A DNA stretch of 64,000 nt. Origin: Octopus sinensis (Eukaryota). This document shows positions 40,541-54,371 of this stretch, in pieces. Within the stretch, counting starts at the first letter, position 1. The number at the start of each line of letters is the position of its first letter. Location: positions 102,176,001 to 102,240,000 of the forward strand of contig NC_042998.1 of NCBI RefSeq assembly GCF_006345805.1. The letters run 5' to 3'. A program made the position numbers and the translations under genes. The notes beneath the pieces were generated by a model. The model had not been told where the DNA came from and ran no database searches. It saw only the letters and a list, made by a program, of their open reading frames with translations.

Positions 40541-42196
40541 GTATCTATGTGTGTATCTCTCTCTCTAGCCATCTGTCTGTCTGTCTATCAAACTATCTAT
40601 CAATCTCTCCGCCACATCTCTCTCTCTCTCTCTCTCTGTATATATATATATATATAGATATATATATTCTGTATATGTCTATGTGTGAACGTGATTGCGT
40701 CTGTGTTCTTGAGGTGCCATTGATTTCACGATTCAAGAGGATTTGTGTCAACTAATGATTACTATAAGTTATATGATATCAATAATATTTTCTAAAGCAG
40801 CCGCAACTTTCCATTTCTCCAGTTCCCATTCTTTTTGTCACTGTTAACACTTTCATTCTTTTGCAAACGTTACTCGAAGCACAGGTATTGTTTCTCATAG
40901 ATATATGTATGTTGCATATGTTCATTGTACATGCACACGCAAGCAGGTTCACTTTCGAACGACACCATCTTCTTTTGCATTTCGTCTCGCAGTCACTTGC
41001 GCAAGCAGCAACTACTTAGATAATATCCGATAGTTTTATTAACTGATAAATTTTGAGGAAGGAAGTGTGATTGTGGTATTGGCGGGTTGTCTTAGATTAT
41101 TGAGATTGTTACTATTAATGTTCTAACGAAAATGATCACTTCAGAGAAGGGTAATATAAGATATATATTCGAAGTGTAAAAGGAAATATAGGTTAAATAG
41201 TGCAAAAAATCGATAGAGCTCCTAGATTCATTTATAAATTTGAAGGGAACATTTTAAGTCCCCCAACAAAGGTATACGGAGACACACGAATCTCCAGCCA
41301 AATCAGTCGCTGTACATAAAGATATAATAACAATATTGGTGTAGACATGCTATCTATGTATACATTCATAAAAAAGTGACTTCAACTACCTAAATTTGCA
41401 CATGCCTCACATACATATTTTACCCTAGGTATTCTCTTGACCCACCACACCAGATGGATTATTTGCCCCTCAACACATCTGTCTACAAGAACAGTACGTG
41501 ACTTTTATTTCGAATCCGATACAACCATATAAGATCTATTGTTTTTTCATCTGTTACCGTTACTGTTACTTTTTTTTATATTCCATAACTATTCCTTATT
41601 TGTATTTGTTGTTAGATTGTCTTATTTAATGACTATCCTTCTTACGGTTAGCGTATAAATGGTTTTTGCAGTTGTGTCATAGTTTATAGTAGAGTTCTAA
41701 TTACGGAAAGTTTGTAGAACTGATGTTGTGGGTGATAAATTCTTTATTACTATGACAAATCGATATTTTCTGTCACAGAGTTAGAATCTTATGTCATTTA
41801 TTGATCATGCATTTAGAAGCTATCTTCTGCTCTTGATTAGCGAAGGTTCATTAGAGGTAAGTTTTCTTGTTAACAACTAAATGTATGTAATGGATAATAA
41901 TTTTCTATTGATATGAAGGAAGATTCTCCCCAAAGTCTGTGTCTAAAGCCAGGCTTAGAATATAGAATAACTTTCCACGCAGACTACTCAGGATTTTGCC
42001 TACACTAAACATCAATTTATCTTCTCTGTTATTTTATTTTTTTATTGGACGTTGTCTGCCCGATTATGATGCAGCATAAAAGAGGTGTTTGGTCTGAAAT
42101 TATATCTCTATCTTCATCTTTTCTAATATGAAATATTATTTTCCTCTCATGTGGTTATTTCATTAGGAACTACTGCTGCTATTGTTTATAGTTGTA

Positions 42197-42256
<60 letters not shown>

Positions 42257-44054
42257 TAGAGTGATTACTATGAGGAAGGGTGAATATTCTATTTAAGGGG
42301 ATGAAACCGCTTCTAAGTTAATATTTGTTTTAACTTGATAGATCTTTTCGCTATGAGAGAAAAAGGATATAAAGTTTCCATTTATTAGATATTGCATTGA
42401 GGGCTCTTCAGTACAGCATAAATTGAGTACTTGAAATTAGTCTTTAGTCCGTGAAAAAAATTATGAATTAAATATAATCGATTTGCTTTTTTTTTTCTTT
42501 CTTTTTCTCATTTAATAGTGGATAAAATAAACGGAGAGAGGCAGGTAGGGGAAAGTTTCAGAGTCATTTAAGCCTAGAATTAAAATTCGACTTAAATACA
42601 ATCGAAATTTCTATTCTCGTTATCCTTATCAGCGGGAAAATGAATGAGGAGAAGAGCGAAATAGTGATAAGAAGAGGGAAAGTCTCTAACATAAATTAGA
42701 CTACGTGTTAGGAGTTTGAGAAGTATAATCAGATATATCTTTTTGGCTTTTCTCCAGTATGGATTCGCCATGTATGAGGTTCTTTATCTTGAAAGGTTTC
42801 CGTAGAAACAACATACAAGACTTCGCGTGCTCTTTTTGGGTGTAAATGCGAGATCTCTGGGCGTATATCCTAGCTGCTTATCATGTCGTAATGACTTACG
42901 ATGGTTACCCTATTTCCTTCATCTCACCGTGGCATCTTAAAATCAATTTTGTGTGCAGCTTTTGGAATTCAGATAGCGTTTTAGTAACGTACTTATGTAA
43001 CTGGGAACTACTGCTGGGAACTACAGAGTAAGATAGAGAGAGAGAGAATGGTGAGGGAGAACAATTACTAATGAAATGAGAGAGAGGGTGGATAATCGCC
43101 CTAATGGGAAAATATTTTTCTTACTTCATGTAGTAGGTGCCAGTGGTATTTAAATTTTCCAGTATCTATATCTAAATCATTGCAAGATTACGAAATTAAT
43201 CAAGCAAGTAATTTACATTTGTATTATATGTCATTTTCATACATAAAACTCACTTTGAAAATATTTTATACTGTTTACATCTTCACGCTTAAATTGAAGT
43301 AGCTTTCCTTTCGTACAAAGTGAAGTTTCTAAACAAGAAGAATGATCTGTCAGAGAATCTCATTATGTCCACTACTTAATGACAATGGATGTTGCTCGAG
43401 ATTCGTGTCAATATTCAATCTATCTAAACTTAGCGCATTGCGAAACTTACCAATAATTATTAATTTATTTAGAAAGATATTGTAATCAGGATAAGAGACA
43501 GTGAAATTTATATCACTTAGTTTGAGTAATATATATACGCTGCAATTTTGACATGTCACCGAATTCTAATTTGGAACGATAAAAATAATTCGTAATTTTG
43601 TTTCCAAAGAGTTTGACCTATAGCGCAATGCTTCAAACATATCTCGTGGCATTTCATTCAGTAAAAATTCTGTAATATCAATGTATTTATAGTGGCAGTT
43701 TCTACACGTAGCACACCAGACATATCTTCGGTCCACGTTATGTATGTCTGTAAAGATAGATTGGATTACTATTCAGATGAGCATAGTTCATCATTACCAG
43801 TCTTTTGGCAAATTTCTCCAGATAAATTTATTGTTTCCCCATTAAAAATATATATATAAAATTTAGTATAAGAGGAGATTTATGACATAAATTATTTTAA
43901 AACAGGCGAAAACAAGTTTCATCGGATTCTACTGGTTTATATTGATGATAAACTTGGAAATTATAGTTTCTAATTAAAATTTTGTTACCTACGTCGGACA
44001 GTTTGAAGTAGAAAAAAGAACCAAAAACTGTAATTAACTGACATGTTTTTGTAA

Positions 44055-44111
<57 letters not shown>

Positions 44112-44116
44112 CCTAC

Positions 44117-44147
<31 letters not shown>

Positions 44148-44152
<5 letters not shown>

Positions 44153-44577
44153 ATATATATAAACGGCAGTTTGTCTGTCTGTGTGTCTGTCAGGTTGTAC
44201 CCTCACCCTGGACACGGCTTTCAACCGATTCTGATGAAACTTGACACACACATAGCCCAATGTCATAATTCAAAACTGACGCAGCGAAATTTTTGAAAAG
44301 TTCCCCCATTTCTGAAAAAATCGATAAATTCGACATGGGGTCGAGAATCTAAGCTTTTATATGCAACACATTTTCTGTCTAGGGGACGCAACTCGACCTT
44401 TTTATCGACCAAAGGGACAGCTAGGAACATCGTATACACAGAAGTATTCGAGTGAAGAGAAGACATTGCAACCTACACATGCGCCTTCGTTCCCTAGAGG
44501 GAACGGACCAGATTGGGATTAGCCGTTGCCTACTAGGGGCTCTTACATACACGGGCAACGCCGGGCTATGTTGCTAG
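44148..44577 (+). mobile_element. Non-autonomous Helitron
   Basis: 5' TC-TATATATA..; subterminal GC hairpin cgggcaacgccggg; ends CTAG; sits between A and T. Confidence 0.75.
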
Positions 44578-44834
44578 TATATATATATATAAAGATAAAT
44601 AAGACTGGTGCATGGGATTACTCTGTGTTTGGGTTTCACGGTCCATAAATCTCTTAGAATCACAGCATAATATCAGACACCAAACCCTCTGTTACATGCC
44701 TTCTGTGGTAAGTGGCCTCTCTAGAAAATGGAGATGGAAAAGACTTCGTTAATATATGTCAACAACAGAGTATTGTCTCCCTTTGGCTGTTATTCGTAAT
44801 TGACTCTGTTATCGTGGAGGTCGCAAAAAACACA

Positions 44835-44904
<70 letters not shown>

Positions 44905-45092
44905 AAAAGGTAATAAAATAAATTATTATTACCGGTGATCTAGTACAAAAGACAAATTAGCCATTAGGCTATATGTTATTCATATATAAGTACATTAAAA
45001 GGCCTCTAAAAGAAGAAGCAAGTACTAGATACACAAAAAGTGGATAAATTCAATGAAATGAAAAATCAAAAACGTTTACAAACTCGGCTCAT

Positions 45093-45164
45093 CTTATACT
45101 GCAGTTTCGTCTTTTTTTTAGCAGTAAATATAATTTATCCGCCAAGGCTAGACTCTTCAGTAAG
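45093..45164 (-). ncRNA. Type I hammerhead ribozyme motif, canonical core
   Basis: Minus strand reads ctta-CTGAAGA-gtct...agac-GAAA-ctgcag-TA-taag. Confidence 0.85.
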
Positions 45165-45180
45165 CAGCCTTTGTTATCCT

Positions 45181-45303
45181 AGAAGTACATCTCGTTAGAA
45201 GCATGTGCGGTTCTACCGACTTGCATTCTCTAACTTTTCAGTTATAAAAGTTAGAGAATGCAAGTCGGTAGAACCGCACATGCTTCTAACGAGATGTACT
45301 TCT
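45181..45303. repeat. Perfect inverted repeat: 58-bp arms, 7-nt loop
   Basis: 45181-45238 is the exact reverse complement of 45246-45303; loop cagttat. Confidence 0.97.
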
Positions 45304-45721
45304 TATATATATATATATATATATATATACATAATAGCAGAGATATCCGACGTTGCTCTGGATTGAAATAGCATAGCTTTTTATTGTTTTACTTCTTTAG
45401 GTAATGTGACTGTGGCCATGCTGGTGCACCATCTTTAATCGAAGAAATCGACCCCTGGATTTATTCTTTGTAAGCCTAGATACGAGAACATAAACACGGC
45501 AACATCGGTTGTGAAGCCATGATGGGGATACAGACACACTCACATATAAATACACGCGCACACACACACGCACACACACACACATATATATATGTGTGTA
45601 TATATGTACGTATATATGTATATATAGGCGTACATATATATAAATTCATATATATATACATTTATATAAATATATACATACGTACATATACATATATTCT
45701 TATTCTTTTATATATACACAC

Positions 45722-45807
<86 letters not shown>

Positions 45808-46064
45808 ACATATATATAAATTTATATATATATACATCTGTTGAAGAAATAGCCAAATTTTTGGCTGCTATTTCTGAAAAGTTCGGTGTGTGGTAAAGTG
45901 AATTTTTTTACTTTACCATATTTTTATAAATTAATACTTCAAATATACCGTAAATGGTCTTTACATACCGAATACTGCTTGGTCGAATTTATTAACAATT
46001 AATTAATTCTACCCCTTTTTTTGATAAACATATACATACGTACATATACATATATTCTTCTATT

Positions 46065-46360
46065 CTTTTATTTGTATCAGTCATCTGATTGAGGCTATGC
46101 TGCAACGCCACCTTCAGTCGAACAACTCGGACGCAGGACTTATTCTTTGAAAGCCTAGTACTTATTCTATCAGTCTCTTTTGCCGAATCGCTAACTTACG
46201 GGGATAAAACACATCAACGTCGGTCGACAAGTGACAGTGGGAGGACAAGCGCAAACACACACACAAATACAGACAGACACACACATTTACATATACGACG
46301 GGCTACTTTCAGTTTCCGTCTCCCAAATTCACTCACGAGGCTTTGGTAGAGGCTATAGTA
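46065..46360 (-). mobile_element. tRNA-derived SINE (lacking head)
   Basis: Reverse complement matches 58519-58905. Confidence 0.75.
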
Positions 46361-46929
46361 CCTTGAACCATATATTTGGTAAGCAATCTACTTTACTTCG
46401 TTCGATTTGCCATAAAGTCATTACACACGGAAGGAGTAACTGCGGGCTGGACGAGGACACGATGATGATGAAATGAAAGAAATGGTTGATGGGAGAAGCA
46501 AACAATGCCCGCCAATTGTTTCATTCCCTAAAACATTGTTCTTAAAAACAAAAGAAACAAATGAGGTATTAAACCTTTTACCTCAGTTCAATAATAATTG
46601 ACGTAATCGTCTTTTCAAATTGAGCCGCTTACCAAGGAATACACACAATGCAACAATAAAAATTGAGGAACTAAGGCCTCTTATCCTCTCTCTTCGACCA
46701 GGCTATATGTCTCCTGCAGGCAATCCTGTAGTTCCAGGTCGGTGCCCCAAAAGGCGAACCTATTCTTATCCTTCGGATCCGAGTCCATCACATCGAACAT
46801 TTCAACGTCCGTTAGGACCTCAGCAGTTACCTGCAGAGGCCAATCCAGGGCAGGGTCTCCTCCCTCCGGCCCTCCAGCTTCTTTAAGAACCTCTATATCA
46901 CCCCTCACTTGTGAAAGAAAATCACAAAA

Positions 46930-47292
46930 TCATCCTTCATCGCACTGGCAGGGGTCACAGTTACCTCTGTTGATGTACAATTTCCACCGACAAGGACACG
47001 ACTGTTTGTTTTCACTGTCCTGTTTGTGTTACCAAAATTGAACCTACGTAGGGTGCCAAGTTTAGTTCTGTTTGCTTTGCGGGAGCAACTGTTTTATCAA
47101 AGTGTATAATTTTGCTAAATGCTCGAGATGCGAAACTAGAAAGGCAGCCAACAACTGATGAATGATCGTTTTTTTATGCTGATTGTTCTTGTTTTCCATT
47201 TGTGTCTTTCGTTGTTCGAAACAATAGTTCATGTTCCCTGTACTTGTGCGTCGTGTTTTTTGTACACGTTTCGCGTCGTCCTGTGCCTAGAT

Positions 47293-47300
<8 letters not shown>
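46930..47300 (+). repeat. Interspersed repeat family copy
   Basis: ~47010-47150 is directly repeated, with divergence, at ~47955-48105. Confidence 0.6.
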
Positions 47301-47324
<24 letters not shown>

Positions 47325-47689
47325 CTATATATATATTATTCAAATAAATTACAACTCTGTTTTTTTAATGTTTTATTTATATTCTTTATAATATTAATGT
47401 AGAATATAGAATATATAGTATAAATAATATAAATATATAGTAAAATGAAATGAAGTATTCATTGTCTTATTGAATAGATGAAATATTGAATATAAAATAT
47501 GAAGGGGCTAGTATACTTTCTTGCATTATTGCAGTCTTCAAGTTCCAAGGTTGTGACAGGAGTGTTTCTCAACACGTAGTTATAATCGAAATTCCCCTTT
47601 TCTATTACTACTATATATATATATGATATTATCATATGATTGAACGCCACGCATCCTCTTCCAAGTAAGTTTTTATAATTCTGATGCGG

Positions 47690-48105
47690 ACTCTATAATA
47701 TCTTTCGTTTTTCTCTCTTTCGCTCTCTTATTCTTTTACCTTCTCTTCTCCCAGTTTTCTATCCTATTACTTTGTCACACTGTCTCCCTACATCCTCCTC
47801 TCTTGATCACGTGGCTCCCACGTGACCATCGGCCATCATACTTTCTTTCTCTCCGTTGTAGTTGGAACAAGGAAGACGTGTTCTTCTTTGTCTCCTACCC
47901 AAGCTTGATTTACGCGCTCGCCAACACAACCTAGGTTTAGGCTTAGAAGCCCCTCCTGTTTGTTTTCACAGTCTTGTCTGTGTTACCAATTTTGCCCCTC
48001 CGCAGGATCCCAAGTTCTGTATTGTTTGATTTGCGGGAGCAAACGTTTTATCAAAACGCATATTGTTACTAAATGCTCGAAATGCTAGAACCGGATGGCA
48101 GCCAG
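47690..48105 (+). repeat. Interspersed repeat family copy
   Basis: Shares its core with 47010-47150 and the tcccacgtgacc motif with 53171-53953 (minus). Confidence 0.6.
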
Positions 48106-48150
48106 CATAGATATATATGTGTATGTATGAATTCTTTTACTCTTTATATA

Positions 48151-48192
<42 letters not shown>

Positions 48193-48225
48193 TATATATA
48201 TTATATATATATATATATATATTAA

Positions 48226-48258
<33 letters not shown>

Positions 48259-48379
48259 TATATATATATTATATATAATATATATATATATATATTGTAT
48301 TTGGAGATGACCATGTTGCCAGTTTAGCCAATGAAAACACATGCACTATATATTTGCTGTTCACTTGCTTCAGCTTTAT

Positions 48380-49205
48380 TTTATATAAATCGTATTTCGG
48401 TCACACTTCTGTAACCTCATTTGGGTTTTTTGTTTGTATTTAATTTAATTTATTTTGTTAATGTACATAGTTATTTAATACAATTTATTTATCTGTGTTT
48501 TGTGTTATATTAATATTCATATTGTTATCACTTTATGGGCCACTTATTCTGTCATAGTTTGTCGTGTGTTGGGGGTGTGTGCTAATGTTCCATTCTAGTT
48601 TCCTATTCAGGCCAAGTTTATTTTCTATTATGTATGTAGCTTCTGTAATGTGTCTAACTGTTGCGTCTGTTCTATGTGTGGACAAGAGTTTAACTTCTAT
48701 ATTGTGGAGCGAACCCCTGTGTTCCTGCTCGGCGTGCTGCTACAGATCTGATGAGCTCTTGTATTCCTTACGTTCCATCCCATGCTCATTTTGCCGCTCT
48801 CCTATGCTTCGTGCTGTTTCTGCTACGTACATCATTGTTTTGTTACTGTACCGTTCCTCTGTATATCTTATATTATAGACTAAATTCCTAGCTTTACAGT
48901 GTAGTTCCTATCAGTACAGGGGGTTCTACTAAAAGGGTAGGTTCTACCATTTTGGGATTTGATAAGGTTGCCTGCCCTTTCTAGAATCTTAATTCTTAGC
49001 TTAAGTTTGTCTAGGGCTCGCCTCTAGGTGTAATGTTGAGGAACATGACACTCTGGTATTTGTGGCTATTATACCATGAATTGGCCTTCCCTATTTTACT
49101 CTTAGTCTTTTCAATGGTGTTCCATGACTTGCTCCTATCGTTATGTATGATAGTTTCAAATTTCCTCATTGCTCCTTTGTATACTCCGGAACTCAGCTAT
49201 CGTGG
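48380..49205 (-). mobile_element. Decayed Penelope-like element 3' part (GIY-YIG, Neptune-like)
   Basis: NSWYNSHKYQSVMF, IKILERAG, VYNIRY..MYVAETARSIGERQNEH...QHAEQEH...ITEATYI..LNRK; stops present. Clade label is tentative. Confidence 0.7.
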
Positions 49206-49429
49206 TACTACCGAAACTTTAAGAAACCTGTCGTATATTCACACACGCACAAACCCACACTCACACACTGAAACCTATATATGGAGAGGAGGATGTTAGA
49301 CTCTTGTATTCAGAGAAAGATGTTCTTGCCGAACAAACCTGTTCAACTGATTTGTTTATATTGATAAAATGTATGTGCTCTATATTTGCGTACTTCCTCA
49401 GTCAAATCGACGTTGCCAGAACAGGCCCA

Positions 49430-49580
49430 CATTATACAATATGTCAGATGTCAAAGTGACCGCAGAACAACGTGAGATGAAGTTTTTTGCTAATAAATAT
49501 AATGCACCTCCCATTCCAGGAACTGAAACAGCGATCTCGTGACCGTGAAAGCAACACCCTAAAGACTAGGCCAATTTTGT
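49430..49580 (-). mobile_element. Degenerate tRNA-SINE head
   Basis: Reverse complement begins tggcctagtctttagggtgttg..gagatcgctgtttcagttcctgg (box A/B remnants). Confidence 0.5.
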
Positions 49581-49780
49581 ACATATCTATGTGTTCTTCG
49601 GTGTTATGTGTTTGTGAACAACAATAGCTGGAACCGATTCATTCGTCAAAAATCATTTGAAAGCAGTATACTAGCATGGGGGCAGTCCAATTTATGACAC
49701 ACGTAAATGATAGCAGATGAAATATCTCCCCACTCTCTTTCTCTCTCCCCCCACACACACACGCGCGCGCACACACACAT

Positions 49781-49842
<62 letters not shown>

Positions 49843-51711
49843 TTATATATCTTTCAGTACGATGGGAGAATGTATAAACACTTCCGAAGATTTGTGAGTG
49901 TTTTGTAAGACCAATTTGTGAGTAACAGTATGAACAAATCACAACCATATGGTACATTGGATTACGACGTCACATTGCGGTTACACATATCATTTCGCAT
50001 CATCTGGTGTGCCGATGTAGATATATCTGTATGTTGTATGATTAAATAAATCTTGTCAAAATGGACATAGAATTCAATTTTGATAACAAGAGAGCTTAGA
50101 ATCTTATAACAGAAGATTTAACTTCTTACATTACTTAAAACGATTCCTTTAATTTCTGACACATTAAGAACCTAATATAGGTTTAGAATGCACAATTATA
50201 ACACCACCTGAAACGATATTTTTATGCAAGATGTTCAGTGGGTATACGTCAATTTTCTTTGATAACGGGCGTACGTTTTTTTTTTTTTATATAGGAATAT
50301 CTACCAAATCTCATACCCGATTCTCACACTCATAAACACACGCAAAAATTCGAAAGTACGCAGACACGCAGAGACGCAAACACCTAGCGATATCTATAAG
50401 GGAATGTATAAGGAAATTCAATTCACATAGGAAAACTTACGATCCTACCCTTGTTGCTTTTAATTCCTGTTGAATGTTTGTTGATAGTCAATACCTACTT
50501 TGCCTTTAGCCAAATGAACTGAATCTTCTTCACTTCACGCTCTTATTTTTCTGTTGTAACGATGAAGAATATATGAATTCCATATAAACATGTGTAAATG
50601 TAGATTCCACATTATAGCAGATTTTCGTTGTTGACACAATTGTCAATTGTCAATGAATATATATTTTTCATTCCTCTCGAATAAGTCTGTTACATTTGCC
50701 TTCTTTGAAAATGTGATAATAATATTAATGGTAGGCATAGTCTAATATGTTCACATGGTGACTTTGATGTTAAAGTGACCCAGTGTTGCAAATATACATG
50801 AAACGTAATTATCTCAGGTGGTCCATGCGGTGTCATTGGAACTGTCAGCTTGGTTTTAGAAAGGGAGTGTGAAAATAACTCTACTTCGCTCACGTTACAT
50901 TCTAAGCCGAAACTGAAATGGCTGATTCATTGCACTATCTTTTCATAGACTCTAAATTTATCAAAATAATTAACGAGTGCTATTCTTGAGTTTGAGGATA
51001 AGTGGAAAATCTCGTATTAATTATATAAAAGCATATAGTCGTTTTCCTCATGTTGTGTGATTATATGGGGTTTTGCTACATGCTTTTTATGAATCGAATA
51101 TCAAACTAGGCTTTAATATACGCCTATGTTTTATGTACTGCCTCATCATAATGTGATTCTGGTTATCATGGGATAACCAGGATCACTTATATTCCTCATC
51201 AGCTATTCCTCTGATAATGATTTTTCTTGCATACGAGGACGAGGATTCAGTTGTATAGTTTGTTTTAGGATTAGCATATACATACAATCCTCATAGTCTA
51301 GGGAGATTATCATATTGCAAACAATGCCACTAGTCAGAAACGTTTTGTATACTCTTATACATTGTTCAATATAAATGTTATCAGTTCTCAGTCGAAACTT
51401 TTACATTAAAATTAATTGTCGTAAGATGAGTCGCATTCGACTCTGATTTTTCAATAAGGCCGATCTTAGGAAATCAAACTCGTCATTTCAATGTGCGCCT
51501 CGTCGTCAAAATGGACGAATTTGTTTGCATTTACAGAAATTCAACGACGTAAAAGTATGATCTATTAAACCAGTTTTTTACATTAACGCAATTCTTGCAT
51601 GGCATCAACAATTACTTTTCAGTTATATCTATTGATATGTATACTTGTACATATAGTTATCTCCTTGGTACGATAAGTATGCGTATCATATGATAGAATG
51701 TGTATAGTAAC

Positions 51712-51905
51712 TTTAGCACGCTGGGCAAAATGCTTAGCAGTATTTCGTCTCTCTTTATGTTCTGAGTTCAAAATCCGCCGTGGTCGACGTTGCCTTTCAA
51801 CGTTTCGGGGTCGATAAATTAAGTACCTGTTGCGTACAAAGATCGATCTAATCGACTGGTCTCTTCCCTCAAAATTTCGGACGTTGTGCCTAAGTAGAAA
51901 AGAAT
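51712..51905 (+). mobile_element. SINE
   Basis: gttctgagttcaaaatccgccg box-B-like motif; ggggtcgataaattaagtac core; gtagaaaagaat tail. Confidence 0.8.
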
Positions 51906-52951
51906 ATGTATAGTATCTCATCTATGCATTAGAGAGATTACCCAGTCGGCTTAGCAAAGTAGAAACAGATCCATTTCGTGTCCATTGATATTTCGGTGCA
52001 ATCATTTCATTCAAGGTTGCAGGCCTATAACATGTGAACGAAAACATATATAGGGAGAAGTCTTAAAGTATTATATTCTCGTTATTGAATAAATTTGTTA
52101 ATCTCCATAACAAAAATATAAGCTTGTGCACCTCGAGAAATCACATTAATTATTAATAAATCTCTTCGGAATGATCATAAAGTGAAGAATGAGTAAATTT
52201 TCTCACAGGCAAAAGTACAAACGATGCAGAATATATGTTAAAACATGACTAAAATGTGTCGAATTGTAAATTTATGTTAAGCGCCAATTATGAACGATAA
52301 ATTTATTCTTTTAAAATCCCCCAGGCTTCTAAATCGCAAAAAAAAAGAAGAAAATAGTAATAAGGAAGAATTACAGTAAAGATTAATAAGATAACAATGA
52401 GAGAAACACATGTTCGTTCAGTTTATCGAATTTGTCTACAACATTTCAGCTGATTCACCTTCATCTAAAATAAACAATAATTTTGCGATGAAAATTGCTT
52501 TGTACTTCCGCCTTCATGCAAAACGTAGTCTAAAAAACAATACAATGAAAACGGAAAATATTTCATAGAAAATCAACTTGTACAAATGATCGGAGTAGTA
52601 GTGATAGTAACAGTAGGAAGAACAGTAGCAGCAGCTATAAGGTCGCTAGTTTTGGTGAATACAATAGAAGATGTAGGACCAGTACCCGTACACCATTTGT
52701 GATAATGTGCGATAGTGTGATATTACGTGTTATAGTTTCATACTGTGAAATAGTTTTCGCTCGTCAGGTGTGATAGCATTAATGTTTGTGTGTGTACGCG
52801 TTTGTATGCGTTTGCGTGCGCTTATGTGTTAGTTTGTGTGTAGTATTATATTTTCGCTGAAGGTCTGGTCTACCTGCTGTGGTTTGTTCTTATTTATGTT
52901 ATTTAGTCAGTCTCTTATTGACTTATGTTTCAAGTAAATCCTATCGTGTGG

Positions 52952-53006
<55 letters not shown>

Positions 53007-53028
53007 TGGTAATTAGTAATTACTGCTA

Positions 53029-53059
<31 letters not shown>

Positions 53060-53170
53060 TATATATATATATATTTATATATATATATATTTATTTCTGT
53101 ATATATTTATATATATATATATATTATACTTACATATAAGAGACAACAATGTACGTACGCTGCTATATAT

Positions 53171-53953
53171 ATACAAAATGGGTCAAGAACGCAAAATACA
53201 GAACAGTTAGGTGATACAAGAAAGGGACAACAAAACATCCACATAGACGATACAAAGAAAACAACGACGGGTCATGCGGAGTTTTCTTTCCCCAGTCGAG
53301 TTCCAGATTATCTTTGCAATTTCAGCTGGTTATACTCGAAATCGCTCCAATCTGGGTAACCCCAAGGAAAAAATAAGGTAAGAGCATCATATTCCTTGGA
53401 AAAAACGGCGAATGTATATGAAAACTAGGACGAAGAAAACGGAGAAAGTTACACAAATACAAATAACAGGATATAACAACAGGTGTCTTTCGACTAAGGG
53501 CGAATTAAATTAAGTTGGTGTATCCCTGCCTTACGGCAGGGGTACAAGGCTTCACAGGCACAGGGAAGAATATAGATGTTGCACGGACAACAGCCAACCC
53601 AAGAAAGGTCAGGCTTGGCCGAACACCGGTCACGTGGGGAGAGAAGAGAGAGAGGTACAGGCAGATGGACAGAAGAAATAAAGAGGGGCGTAAAAAATAA
53701 CAGGAACACAGTGAAGTGAAAAGAGTAAAAAAAATGAGCATGAATAGAAAGCAATGAAATGTGAGAGAGGGGTAACGAAAGAACGAAGAGTGGAATGAAC
53801 GAAATAAGCGTGAAATGACTGATAGAAGAAGGAAAGAATAAAAGAATAAGAGAATAGAGTCATACAATATTTAGATAAATATATACTTACATATCAGAGA
53901 CCAAAGTCTACGTAGGCTGTCTGGATGTTTTCCGTTCTTGTCCCATTTTGTAT
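53171..53953. mobile_element. Non-coding element with ~35-bp imperfect terminal inverted repeats, between (TA)n tracts
   Basis: atacaaaatgggtcaagaacgcaaaata at 53171 versus tgttttccgttcttgtcccattttgtat ending 53953. Confidence 0.6.
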
Positions 53954-53971
53954 CTTTTATATATATATATA

Positions 53972-54014
<43 letters not shown>

Positions 54015-54059
54015 CGGCGCACGTACACTTTTGTCTCTTATATGTAAGTATATATATAT

Positions 54060-54363
54060 CACGTGATCACGTGACCGACCAGACCATCAGATGTAGTTAC
54101 ACATCGCTGGTAACAATGCGTTCGCATTGTTTTAGCCTTCGAATAACGCCACCCCGCTGGCTAAGAGAGCAGGCCGACAGAAGAAAGAGTGGGAGAAAGA
54201 GTGGTGAAAGAGTACAGCAGGGATTACCACCCCCTGCCGGAGCCTCGTGGAGCTTTTAGGTGTTTTCGCCCAATAAACAATCACAACGCCAGGTCTGGGA
54301 ATCGAAACCGCGATCCTACGACCGCCAGTGCGCTGCCCTAACCACTAGGCCATTGCGCCTCCA
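54060..54363 (-). mobile_element. tRNA-derived SINE, well-preserved head
   Basis: Reverse complement: gtggaggcgcaaTGGCCTAGTGGttagggcagcg..GGTTTCGATTCCC. Confidence 0.85.
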
Positions 54364-54371
54364 CATATATA

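Larger units (their letters stand above)
44902..45303 (-). mobile_element. Hammerhead-bearing non-coding element (retrozyme/PLE pseudo-LTR-like), bounded by (TA)n
   Basis: ~400 bp between two (TA)n runs; sequence 3' of the ribozyme aligns by eye with 54740-54900. Confidence 0.75.

Noticed and set aside
41429-41493. Possible 65-nt exon on the plus strand (ccctAG|G...ACA|GTACGT)
   Set aside because: Two frames are open but neither peptide is recognisable; such signals arise by chance in 64 kb.
44231-44245. CTGATGAAAC inside the Helitron
   Set aside because: No helix II between the core and GAAA; it is part of a common Helitron internal motif.
47150-47230. CTGATGA...GAAA as a hammerhead in the 47 kb repeat
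   Set aside because: Helix II and helix I do not pair adjacent to the core.
50820-50945. GGPCGVIG peptide after a CAG, reminiscent of MINDY deubiquitinase active sites
   Set aside because: Similarity stops after a few residues, the acceptor is weak and no donor is evident.
54290-54363. tRNA gene
   Set aside because: The tRNA-like head continues into a SINE body and lacks a proper acceptor-stem end.
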